From contig JAZGBI010000098.1 of the NCBI GenBank assembly GCA_036476315.1, forward strand, positions 1-32,000: a stretch of DNA of 32,000 nt, in the 5' to 3' direction. Both the position numbers and the translations under genes were made by a program. The notes beneath the pieces were generated by a model. It saw nothing but the letters and a program-made list of their open reading frames with translations, was not told where the DNA came from and did no database searches. This document shows, piece after piece, positions 1-7,646 of this stretch (position 1 is its first letter; every line of letters begins with the position of its first letter). Origin of the DNA: Fidelibacterota bacterium. Lineage in GTDB: Bacteria; Fidelibacterota; Marinisomatia; Marinisomatales; S15-B10.

Positions 1-104
1 AGATGCCCAGCGACACGCCGGTCCTGACAATTCTGGATCCAGAGAACTGTGTCCTCGCCGTTCAACGAATTCTCCATCTTGCCGCAGAGGACACAGAGAA
101 ATAG
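1..104 (+). CDS. purE: 3' end of a CDS truncated by the window edge; C-terminus resembles N5-carboxyaminoimidazole ribonucleotide mutase (PurE)
   Basis: The frame starting at nt 3 reads (Q)MPSDTPVLTILDPENCVLAVQRILHLAAEDTEK and stops at TAG 102-104. The pattern QMP..PV.T......N..L.A.QIL matches the conserved PurE C-terminal segment as I recall it (E. coli ..[30 protein letters not shown]..). It lies at the head of a pur gene cluster. Confidence 0.45.
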   Translation, partial: MPSDTPVLTILDPENCVLAVQRILHLAAEDTEK

Positions 105-107
105 AAA

Positions 108-303
108 ATGGCTGATAAGCCAACTGAGAAAATCATAGGTGCTGCCATTGAAGTTCATCGTACCCTTGGCCTTGGCAACCCTTCTTGAAGTTGCCATGGC
201 TCAGGCGCTGTCATATCTGAAGGCAACCGATCTTAGTCGAGCGCTCTTAATCAATTTTGGCGAAAAGAGACTCGTTGACGGTATCAAAAGAATATCTCTG
301 TAA
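108..303 (+). pseudogene. GxxExxY-family (PD-(D/E)XK-like) small protein remnant with an internal deletion and frameshift
   Basis: ATG 108 gives MADKPTEKIIGAAIEVHRTLGLGNPS, then TGA at 186-188, which is the typical family N-terminus (IIGAAIEVHR.LGPG). A different frame from about 181 reads LLEVAMAQALSYLKATDLSRALLINFGEKRLVDGIKRISL and stops at TAA 301-303, which is the typical family C-terminus (AQLL.YLK....GLLINF......GIKR). The central part, including the GxxExxY motif, is missing. Confidence 0.7.
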
Positions 304-308
304 CCTCT

Positions 309-1670
309 GTGGCTAACAATCAAATGAATATCTCACCCCTTGATGACCGGTACCGGGATGAGGTCGAGGAACTTATCCCATTCTTTTCAGAAATGGGTCT
401 CATGAAATACCGCATTCAAGTGGAAGTAGAGTATCTTGTCGCTCTGGGAAAGGAAAAAGGCATCCCACAGCTTCCGCCGTTTTCCGCGGGTCGCCAAAAA
501 GATCTTCGCCTGCTGTATCAGAGTTTCTCAGCCCGGGATTTTCAGTCCATAAAAAAAATTGAAGAAGAGACCCATCATGATGTCAAGGCAGTGGAATACT
601 TCCTTCGGCGAAAACTCAACAGGCTCGACATGGAAGAATACGAGGAATGGGTCCACTTCGCCCTCACGTCTGAGGACGTCAACAATCTCGCCTATGCTCT
701 CATGTGGCAAGAAGCTATCACCGAAGTCTACCTCCCCATCTTGAGCGGCTTGATCGGTGAGCTGAAACATTTTGCAGAAAGTTACCGGGACACTCCGATC
801 CTGGCGCTGACACATGGTCAACCTGCTACCCCTACCTCGCTGGGAAAAGAATATGCAGTCTATGTTCAGCGCCTGGCCCGGCAACTGCGCCAGATGAAAG
901 GACACAAGCTGCAGGGCAAGCTTTCTGGGGCCACGGGAACGTGGGGTGCCCATGTTGCCAGTTTTCCTGAGATTGACTGGATAAATTTCAGCAAGAAATT
1001 TATTTCGTCTTTTGGGATGGAGCCGAACCTTGTAACCACGCAGATCGAGGCCAACGATGCTCTTGCGGAGAGCTACCAGATACTCTCTCGTATTAACACT
1101 GTACTCCTGGATCTGTGCCGGGATGTGTGGCTCTACATGAGCCGAGGCATATTCAATCAACGGCAGCACTCGGGAGAGGTTGGATCCAGCACCATGCCCC
1201 ACAAGGTGAACCCTATTCAATTTGAAAATGCTGAGGGGAATCTCGGTTTGGCTAACGTCTACCTTTCCCACCTCGCCAATGCTCTTCCTGTCAGTCGCCT
1301 CCAGCGCGACCTGTCAGGAAGTACCATCATCCGGAACCAGGGTGTTCCCCTTGCCCACGCCCTTCTGGCATGCAAAAACATTCGAAAGGGATTAAAAAGG
1401 CTCTTCATCAACGAGCAAAATCTCCGGAGAGAGCTCAATGAACATTGGGAGGTTCTGGCGGAAGCGGTCCAGACGGTTCTTCGCAAAACGGGGGACAAGA
1501 AAGCATACGAGCGGCTCAAAGAAATGATCCGGAAGGAAAGGGTCACCCAGAGTGATATGCACGCCATGCTGGAGCAACTGAATCTCCCAGAGACTGAGAA
1601 ACAGATGTTGCTGGCGCTTTCCCCTGAGACGTACATCGGTCTTGCGTCCAAGATTGTAGGTGAGGGGTAG
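309..1670 (+). CDS. purB: adenylosuccinate lyase
   Basis: 453-aa ORF with the fumarate-lyase signature GSSTMPHKVNPIQFEN. The N-terminus ISPLDDRYRDEV resembles E. coli-type PurB (SPVDGRY). GTG at 309 is the ORF start; the in-frame ATG at 324 (MNISPLDDRY) is an equally plausible true start. Confidence 0.93.
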   Translation: MANNQMNISPLDDRYRDEVEELIPFFSEMGLMKYRIQVEVEYLVALGKEKGIPQLPPFSAGRQKDLRLLYQSFSARDFQSIKKIEEETHHDVKAVEYFLRRKLNRLDMEEYEEWVHFALTSEDVNNLAYALMWQEAITEVYLPILSGLIGELKHFAESYRDTPILALTHGQPATPTSLGKEYAVYVQRLARQLRQMKGHKLQGKLSGATGTWGAHVASFPEIDWINFSKKFISSFGMEPNLVTTQIEANDALAESYQILSRINTVLLDLCRDVWLYMSRGIFNQRQHSGEVGSSTMPHKVNPIQFENAEGNLGLANVYLSHLANALPVSRLQRDLSGSTIIRNQGVPLAHALLACKNIRKGLKRLFINEQNLRRELNEHWEVLAEAVQTVLRKTGDKKAYERLKEMIRKERVTQSDMHAMLEQLNLPETEKQMLLALSPETYIGLASKIVGEG

Positions 1671-1675
1671 CCCTT

Positions 1676-3151
1676 ATGTGCGGAGTAGTGGGCATCGTTT
1701 CGCAGAAGCCGGTGGTTGCCGAGCTGTACGAGGGACTCATTCATCTTCAGCATCGAGGACAGGACGCGGCGGGCATCATGACCTATGACACCCGGTTTCA
1801 CGCAAAAAAGGGTGTGGGTCTCGTCAGAGATATCTTCGACGAAACGAATATGCTACGCCTTCAGGGAACGATTGGGATCGGTCATACACGGTATCCCACG
1901 GCTGGAGGATTCAGTATGGAGGAGGCCCAACCATTCTGGACGAGCATGCCCTACGGAATCGCCATGGCTCATAATGGAAACATTGTAAACTATGATGACC
2001 TGGTAAGAGATCTTGACGAGAAGTACCAGCGTTACGTCAACTCTACGAGCGACACGGAGGTAATCCTTCACCTGTTTGCCGATGCCCTCGATGACGCCAC
2101 GACCAACGGCCAGGCAGACAGTTTTTTTGAACACATCTGCCAGGCGGGGAAGTATCTTTTCAATGAACTCACAGGATCCTATTCCGCTATCGGGATGATT
2201 ATCGGCAAGGGGATGGTGGTTTTCCGCGACCCCCACGGCATTCGCCCCTTGGTGAAAGGAGAGCGACATAATCCGGACGGCACCACCGATTACATCTTTG
2301 CCTCCGAGACCACCATGTTTTACGCTCTCGGTTTCGAAAACGCCGGAAATGTGGCTCCTGGAGAAATTATCTACGTGAGCGAGGACCGTACCATGTACAG
2401 TCGCATTCTCAAGACGGACCAGTTCACCCCTTGCGTATTTGAATACGTCTACTTCGCCCGCCCTGATACCATGATGAATGACGTGAGCGTCTACAGGTCG
2501 AGACTTCGCATGGGACAGAATCTGGCCAATCGTTGGAAGGAAAGGTATCCAGACTCCATACCTGATATCGTTATCCCTGCTCCATCCACCGCCAACACCG
2601 CTGCCCTTTCTTTTGCCAATGAACTCGGTGTGCGTTATTCTGAAGGCCTTTACAAGAATCCATTTATCGGGCGTACCTTCATCATGCCCGGCCAGGAAGA
2701 ACGAAGACGATCTGTCCGGTATAAGCTCGTTCCTCAGGAGACAGAGATCCGTGACAAGATTGTCCTCATTGTGGATGACAGCATTGTCCGGGGGAATACG
2801 AGCAAGGAAATTGTCAAGATGATCCGGGAGTTTGGCGCAAAGGAGGTCTATTTTGTGGCCGCGTGTCCTCCCGTTAAATCCCCGTGCTTTTACGGGGTTG
2901 ACGTACCCACCCGCGCGGAACTTATCGCATCCCGTATGTCTGAAGAAGAGATACGAGAAAACATGGGAGCCGACAAACTTCTGTACCAGGAGATTGATGA
3001 TCTGGCCGAGGCAGTGACCAGAAAAGGTGAACATGACATCTACCTCCCGTGTATGGCGTGCCTCGATGGCAACTACGTGACAGGGGACGTGGATGAGGTG
3101 AAGATCGTGACGCTGGAAAACAAGAGGATCCGAGAACGCGCTCAGAACTAA
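1676..3151 (+). CDS. purF: amidophosphoribosyltransferase (glutamine PRPP amidotransferase)
   Basis: 491 aa. The MCGVVGI N-terminus carries the Ntn catalytic Cys, and IVLIVDDSIVRGNTSK is a PRTase motif. The Cys pattern (PCVFEYVYFARPD, AACPPVKSPCFYGVD) suggests the Fe-S type. Confidence 0.95.
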   Translation: MCGVVGIVSQKPVVAELYEGLIHLQHRGQDAAGIMTYDTRFHAKKGVGLVRDIFDETNMLRLQGTIGIGHTRYPTAGGFSMEEAQPFWTSMPYGIAMAHNGNIVNYDDLVRDLDEKYQRYVNSTSDTEVILHLFADALDDATTNGQADSFFEHICQAGKYLFNELTGSYSAIGMIIGKGMVVFRDPHGIRPLVKGERHNPDGTTDYIFASETTMFYALGFENAGNVAPGEIIYVSEDRTMYSRILKTDQFTPCVFEYVYFARPDTMMNDVSVYRSRLRMGQNLANRWKERYPDSIPDIVIPAPSTANTAALSFANELGVRYSEGLYKNPFIGRTFIMPGQEERRRSVRYKLVPQETEIRDKIVLIVDDSIVRGNTSKEIVKMIREFGAKEVYFVAACPPVKSPCFYGVDVPTRAELIASRMSEEEIRENMGADKLLYQEIDDLAEAVTRKGEHDIYLPCMACLDGNYVTGDVDEVKIVTLENKRIRERAQN

Positions 3152-3163
3152 ACCACGGACCTG

Positions 3164-3193
3164 CCCGCCCTCCTTTTAGTCGGGAGCAGGCGG
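3164..3193 (+). terminator. weak GC-rich bulged hairpin after purF, a possible attenuating terminator
   Basis: CCGCC-CTCC (3165-3173), a 9-nt loop, then GGAG-ca-GGCGG (3183-3193), followed by a pyrimidine-rich CTTCTTCTT rather than a clean T-run. Confidence 0.25.
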
Positions 3194-3304
3194 GGACGCG
3201 GACTTCTTCTTAACTTCAACCAAGCGGTGTTGAAAAATGGAATCGTCAGAAGGGTGTTATAGCTATAGTGATCCTCGGTGTCTCACTGTCTCCGCGCTGA
3301 CAGA

Positions 3305-4663
3305 GTGAAAGTTCTCGTATACGGCTCTGGAGGCCGAGATCATTGTCTCGCTGACGCCTACGGAGACAGCCAGCACATAGACAAGGTCTATTTCGCCCCG
3401 GGGAATCCCGGGGTTTTGCATACCCCAAAAGGGGAGAGAAAACTTATTGAACGAGTCTCATTGACGAACTTCAATGAGGTGGTCCATTTTTGCGTTGACA
3501 AAGGCGTAGACCTGGTAGATGTGGGATCAGAAAATCCTCTGGAAGACGGTCTCATAGATGTCCTGAGCGAGAATGGTATCAAGGCAATCGGTCCGGAGAA
3601 GGAATACGTCAGACTGGAGAGCGACCGGGCATTCACCGATGACCTTCTGACCAAAATCGGTGTTGCCAAACCGGAGTACGCCACGTTCGATGACCCGGAA
3701 AAGGCCAAGGAGTATGTCCGCAACATAGGTTACCAGGTGGTCGTAAAAGCCAACGGTCTGGCGGCGGGAAAAGGAGCGATAGTCTGCGAAGACATCGAGG
3801 ATGCCGAAACAGCCATTGACAGAATCATGGTGGAACGAATCTTTGGCGACTCGGGCAGCAGGGTGGTCATTGAAGAAAGAAAATACGGGACAGAGATTTC
3901 CTTTTTTGCCTACTTGGACGGCGAGCATGTCATGCCTCTGAGGATGTTCGCGGAGGACTACAAGTCTGCCTTCGATACGGATGACAAAACATTAATTGAG
4001 CAATTTGGAGGGAATCCTAACACCGGGGGCACCGGATGTTACTGCCCCCATAAGTTGGTCACTCCCTGGCTCCTCAACCGAATCATTAAAGAAATTGTCA
4101 ATCCCACTGTCGATGCTCTCTACAACGATCTTGGCTGGAAATACAAGGGAGTTCTTTATTGGGGATTGAACCTCGATCCTTACGATAATCTTGATGTCTT
4201 TGAAATAAACGTGCGCCACGGCGACCCCGAATGGGAGGTTCTCGCTCGGAAGCTGAGCACGGATCTTTTTGAAATTGGTATGGCTGTGTGTGACGGATCA
4301 TTGGATACCATCAGACAGGTATGGAACAATCAATGCTACGTGGATGTGATCGCCATGGAGGGACGCTCCAAAGCGTCCAGGGGGTGGAACAAGGGATATC
4401 CGGGAAGATACGGAAAGGGGCATAAGATAACAGGGCTCGACAAATTAGAGCGAGGTATTGCCCTTTACTATGCGGGCGTTGACGAAGACAGCCAAAAAGG
4501 CCTGGTGACCTATGGAGGAAGAGCCCTGCACGTGGTGGCGGGGGGCGCTTCCCTGGAAGAAGCACGAAAAAAGGCGTACAGAAATATAAAAAGGCTGTCC
4601 TTTATCGATCATAAGAACAGCAATGCCAACTGTCTCCGCTATCGGAGAACAATAGGATTATAG
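3305..4663 (+). CDS. purD: phosphoribosylamine--glycine ligase (GAR synthetase), divergent
   Basis: (V->M)KVLVYGSGGRDHCLADAY...VYFAPGNPG matches the PurD N-terminus (MKVLVIGSGGREHAL...VYVAPGN.G). It also has an ATP-grasp core, GGNPNTGGTGCYCP (canonical G.GPNTGGMGAYSP) and TYGGRALHVVA (canonical TNGGRVL.V). The ORF opens at GTG 3278; homology favours GTG 3305. Confidence 0.85.
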   Translation: MKVLVYGSGGRDHCLADAYGDSQHIDKVYFAPGNPGVLHTPKGERKLIERVSLTNFNEVVHFCVDKGVDLVDVGSENPLEDGLIDVLSENGIKAIGPEKEYVRLESDRAFTDDLLTKIGVAKPEYATFDDPEKAKEYVRNIGYQVVVKANGLAAGKGAIVCEDIEDAETAIDRIMVERIFGDSGSRVVIEERKYGTEISFFAYLDGEHVMPLRMFAEDYKSAFDTDDKTLIEQFGGNPNTGGTGCYCPHKLVTPWLLNRIIKEIVNPTVDALYNDLGWKYKGVLYWGLNLDPYDNLDVFEINVRHGDPEWEVLARKLSTDLFEIGMAVCDGSLDTIRQVWNNQCYVDVIAMEGRSKASRGWNKGYPGRYGKGHKITGLDKLERGIALYYAGVDEDSQKGLVTYGGRALHVVAGGASLEEARKKAYRNIKRLSFIDHKNSNANCLRYRRTIGL

Positions 4664-4682
4664 TGCTTGAGTGCCAGAGTGT

Positions 4683-4698
4683 TAACGTGTTCACGTTA
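4683..4698. promoter_or_regulatory. 16-bp palindrome TAACGTG-TT-CACGTTA, a candidate operator
   Basis: Perfect 7-bp inverted arms (4683-4689 and 4692-4698) lie 20 nt after the purD stop, in the only long intergenic gap of the pur cluster. Confidence 0.25.
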
Positions 4699-4787
4699 TC
4701 CGTCATAAGAAAAGAAGATTAATCAGAGGAACCAGGTTTTGTCAAAGATCGAGAGGTTTAGGACACGAAAATAATCGTCAGGAACTC

Positions 4788-4817
4788 CGTAGTTATTGCC
4801 GTATGGCAATAACTACG
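4788..4817 (+). promoter_or_regulatory. perfect 13-bp stem / 4-nt loop hairpin upstream of purN
   Basis: CGTAGTTATTGCC (4788-4800), loop GTAT, GGCAATAACTACG (4805-4817), an exact reverse complement. No T-run follows, so it is not a classic intrinsic terminator. It lies 45 nt upstream of the purN ATG. Confidence 0.5.
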
Positions 4818-4862
4818 AAGCAACAATTCACTATGGAATTGAACGGTTTCCGTGCATAGGAG

Positions 4863-5477
4863 ATGATTGCGATCAAACTGGGGGTTTTGGGATCAACCAG
4901 AGGAACGGATTTGCAGGCTGTGATTGATGCCATAGACCGGCAGGAGCTCAATGCCTCCGTTAAGGTCGTTATCAGCAACCGGAAGAAGGCCTACATCCTG
5001 GAACGGGCGAGGAATCACGGGATCGACGCGGTATTCATCAGTCATAAGGAAAAGGTCCGCGAAGAATTCGACGCTGAAATGTCAGGAGTATTGGAGGCCA
5101 GAGGGGTAGAGCTCATTCTGCTCATCGGATTCATGCGCATTCTCTCGGGATGGTTTTGCGAGAAATGGCGCAATCGAATCATGAACGTACACCCTTCTCT
5201 ACTCCCTGCTTTCGCTGGGGGAATGGATATGAACGTTCACGAGGAAGTTCTGAAGGCCAGAGCCAAAGAAACAGGCTGCACCATTCACTTTGTGACAGAA
5301 GACCTGGATGCAGGTCCCATTGTGGTACAGAAAACATGTTCCGTTGAACCCGACGAAACTCCCGAATCCCTGAAAGAAAAAGTTCAGGCACTGGAAGGAA
5401 AGGCTTTTGTCGAGGCCATCCAACTCTTCCAGGAAGAAAAACTCAGTGCCCTTTATGGCCAACCCAGGGCGCTATGA
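4863..5477 (+). CDS. purN: phosphoribosylglycinamide formyltransferase
   Basis: 204 aa with the NVHPSLLPAFAG motif and the GCTIHFVTEDLDAGPI motif typical of PurN. Its stop overlaps the purH start (ATGA at 5474-5477). Confidence 0.93.
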   Translation: MIAIKLGVLGSTRGTDLQAVIDAIDRQELNASVKVVISNRKKAYILERARNHGIDAVFISHKEKVREEFDAEMSGVLEARGVELILLIGFMRILSGWFCEKWRNRIMNVHPSLLPAFAGGMDMNVHEEVLKARAKETGCTIHFVTEDLDAGPIVVQKTCSVEPDETPESLKEKVQALEGKAFVEAIQLFQEEKLSALYGQPRAL

Positions 5478-7012
5478 ATACCGAGGGTATTCAAATCAAA
5501 CGTGCCCTGATCTCAGTGTCCGACAAATCAGGAATAGTCGAGTTGGGAAAGGGCTTGAAGGATCTTGGCATTGAGATCATTTCAACAGGGGGTACAGCCG
5601 CGGTTCTGACCGACAGAGACATTTCGGTTACGGATGTTTCCGATGTCACTGGTGTTCCTGAGCTAATGAATGGTCGCATAAAAACTCTCCATCCAAAGAT
5701 TCACGGCGCCATTCTCGGCCTCCGCGATAAGCATGGCGAGAGCGCCCGGGAGAACGACATAGCCTGGATTGATCTGGTTGTCTGCAATCTCTATCCCTTC
5801 GCCGAAACGGTTTCAAAGGAAGACGTTAACCTTGATAGGGCTCTCGAAAATATTGACATAGGGGGACCCTCCATGATTCGAAGCGCTGCAAAGAATGTCG
5901 GTTGGGCAGGTATCGTGGTGGATCCGAAGGATTACGGAGCCGTGTTAGGTGAACTCAAAACTGAAGGGGGCTTGACGTTTGAAACCCGAAAAAGGCTCTC
6001 TGCCAAGGCCTTCGGTCATACGGCCCGCTACGACGCACTCATATACAATCATCTCAATGATAAACCAATGTCTGATCCTTTCACGGTAACATTCGATAAG
6101 CATTATGACCTCCGTTACGGAGAAAATCCACACCAGAAAGCCGCAGCGTTCAGAGTCTCCCACGATAGTGGATCGAACGTTCTGAATGCAAAGATCCATC
6201 AAGGGAAAAAACTTTCCTATAACAACATTTTGGATGCCGATGAGGCATTGGCGTGTTTGAGAGAATTCTCCCAACCTGCCTGCGTGGTGGTGAAGCACGC
6301 CAATCCATGCGGTGTTGCCACCGGCAGCGGCATCACCGATTGTTTCACCCGGGGATTTGAAGCCGACTCACTATCCGCGTTCGGAGGGATCATTGCCTTG
6401 AACCGGACATGCACGAGCGATATCGCGGAATTCTTGAGGAAAGTGTTCATTGAAATAGTCCTCGCCCCAGATTACGAACGGGAAGCCCTGGAAATCTTTA
6501 GCACAAAGAAAAAGCTAAGGGTGTTGGAAGTGGGAGAGATCACCCCACCGGATTCAAGGGTGGAGTTCAAATTCGTCGATGGTGGCCTCTTAGTTCAGGA
6601 GACCAACATTAGCACGTTAATACTCGAACACTTGAACACTGTGACCGAGGCGGAGCCGACAGAGCAAGAGATTGAAGATATGCTCTTCGCCTGGAAGGTT
6701 CTGAAACATGTGAAGTCCAACGCTATTCTCACGGCGAAGGACCATGCCACGGTAGGCATCGGTCCCGGTCAGGTGTCAAGGGTCGACGCGGTGGAGATCG
6801 CGATTCGCAAGTCGGGAGACCGGATCACGGGTGCCGTTCTTGCCTCGGATGCCTTTTTCCCATTCCGGGACAGCATCGATATGATTGCGGATAGTGGATT
6901 GCGGGCTGTGATCCAACCGGGAGGATCGATTAGAGATCAGGAGGTGATTGATGCCTGCGACGAGCACGGGCTCGCCATGGTCTTCACGGGAACGCGCTGT
7001 TTCAAGCATTGA
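5474..7012 (+). CDS. purH: bifunctional AICAR transformylase / IMP cyclohydrolase
   Basis: 512 aa. [31 protein letters not shown] (MGS-like domain), [15 protein letters not shown], and the C-terminal AICARFT domain ending [10 protein letters not shown]. Confidence 0.95.
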   Translation: MNTEGIQIKRALISVSDKSGIVELGKGLKDLGIEIISTGGTAAVLTDRDISVTDVSDVTGVPELMNGRIKTLHPKIHGAILGLRDKHGESARENDIAWIDLVVCNLYPFAETVSKEDVNLDRALENIDIGGPSMIRSAAKNVGWAGIVVDPKDYGAVLGELKTEGGLTFETRKRLSAKAFGHTARYDALIYNHLNDKPMSDPFTVTFDKHYDLRYGENPHQKAAAFRVSHDSGSNVLNAKIHQGKKLSYNNILDADEALACLREFSQPACVVVKHANPCGVATGSGITDCFTRGFEADSLSAFGGIIALNRTCTSDIAEFLRKVFIEIVLAPDYEREALEIFSTKKKLRVLEVGEITPPDSRVEFKFVDGGLLVQETNISTLILEHLNTVTEAEPTEQEIEDMLFAWKVLKHVKSNAILTAKDHATVGIGPGQVSRVDAVEIAIRKSGDRITGAVLASDAFFPFRDSIDMIADSGLRAVIQPGGSIRDQEVIDACDEHGLAMVFTGTRCFKH

Positions 7013-7067
7013 CGGGGAAGATGTCTTCTCCATAGATTTGGCCAGCAATAAAACGAGGAGAAGGAAT

Positions 7068-7646
7068 ATGATATATGCCGATGTCTTAAGGCCTTCAGTA
7101 AGAGGACGGTCAATCGTATATGATGTGACACTCGTTGTCGGAGGTTCCCTGTTCATTGCCCTCCTTTCCCAGATCAAGATTTCCCTCCCTTTCACTCCCG
7201 TTCCTATCACGGGTCAGACTCTCGGCGTTCTCCTGACAGGAGCCATGCTGGGCCGAACCCGGGGCGTCGCTGCTATTGTGGTTTACCTCTGTGAAGGGCT
7301 TGTTGGTCTACCCGTCTTCGCAGGAGGGGCTTTTGGATTTACCCACATGCTGGGCCCCACGGGAGGCTATCTCTTCGGCTTTATCCCCGGAGCGTTCATC
7401 ACCGGTTTGCTGGCAGAAAAAGGGTGGGACCGAAAAACCGGAACGACCATCCTCGCCATGGTCCTGGGAAATCTTGCCATTCTCTCTGTTGGCCTTTTCT
7501 GGCTGGCTCCATTCACGGGAATAGATCGCCTGCTGGAACTTGGATTTCTCCCATTTATCCCGGGCGAGATCGTGAAGATTGGATTGGCGGCCGTATTGCT
7601 CCCCTCAGGCTGGAAGCTTATAGGGAAAGATTCGTCAGCTTCTTAA
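7068..7646 (+). CDS. bioY: biotin transporter BioY (ECF-type S component)
   Basis: PFTPVPITGQTLGVLLTGAMLG, GLPVFAGG and LGPTGGYLFGFIPGAFITGLL are BioY hallmarks. ATG 7068 is preceded by GAGGAGAAGG. The longer ORF from 6948 overlaps purH and adds non-BioY sequence. Confidence 0.88.
   Translation: MIYADVLRPSVRGRSIVYDVTLVVGGSLFIALLSQIKISLPFTPVPITGQTLGVLLTGAMLGRTRGVAAIVVYLCEGLVGLPVFAGGAFGFTHMLGPTGGYLFGFIPGAFITGLLAEKGWDRKTGTTILAMVLGNLAILSVGLFWLAPFTGIDRLLELGFLPFIPGEIVKIGLAAVLLPSGWKLIGKDSSAS

Noticed and set aside
528-1801. 247-aa and 180-aa - strand ORFs
   Set aside because: They are antisense to purB and the start of purF, with no recognisable motifs. These are shadow ORFs.
1853-3034. 393-aa ORF on the - strand
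   Set aside because: It is entirely antisense to purF, whose sense-strand product has unmistakable family motifs. The translation is low-complexity and matches no family. It is a typical shadow ORF.
3152-3304. Possible riboswitch or promoter upstream of purD, including the 10-bp palindrome TATAGCTATA (3258-3267) and TTGAAA/TATAGT hexamers
   Set aside because: The hexamer spacing is 28 nt, too long for a sigma70 promoter. I could see no purine, ZTP or PRPP riboswitch core. A 10-bp AT palindrome alone is weak evidence.
6948-7067. N-terminal extension of the bioY ORF overlapping purH by 65 nt
   Set aside because: The extension carries no BioY-like sequence. ATG 7068 has a good RBS and gives a typical BioY of about 190 aa.
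7635-7646. 12-nt convergent overlap of the bioY and acetoacetyl-CoA synthetase 3' ends
   Set aside because: Short convergent overlaps are common in compact genomes, and nothing else marks the site as functional.
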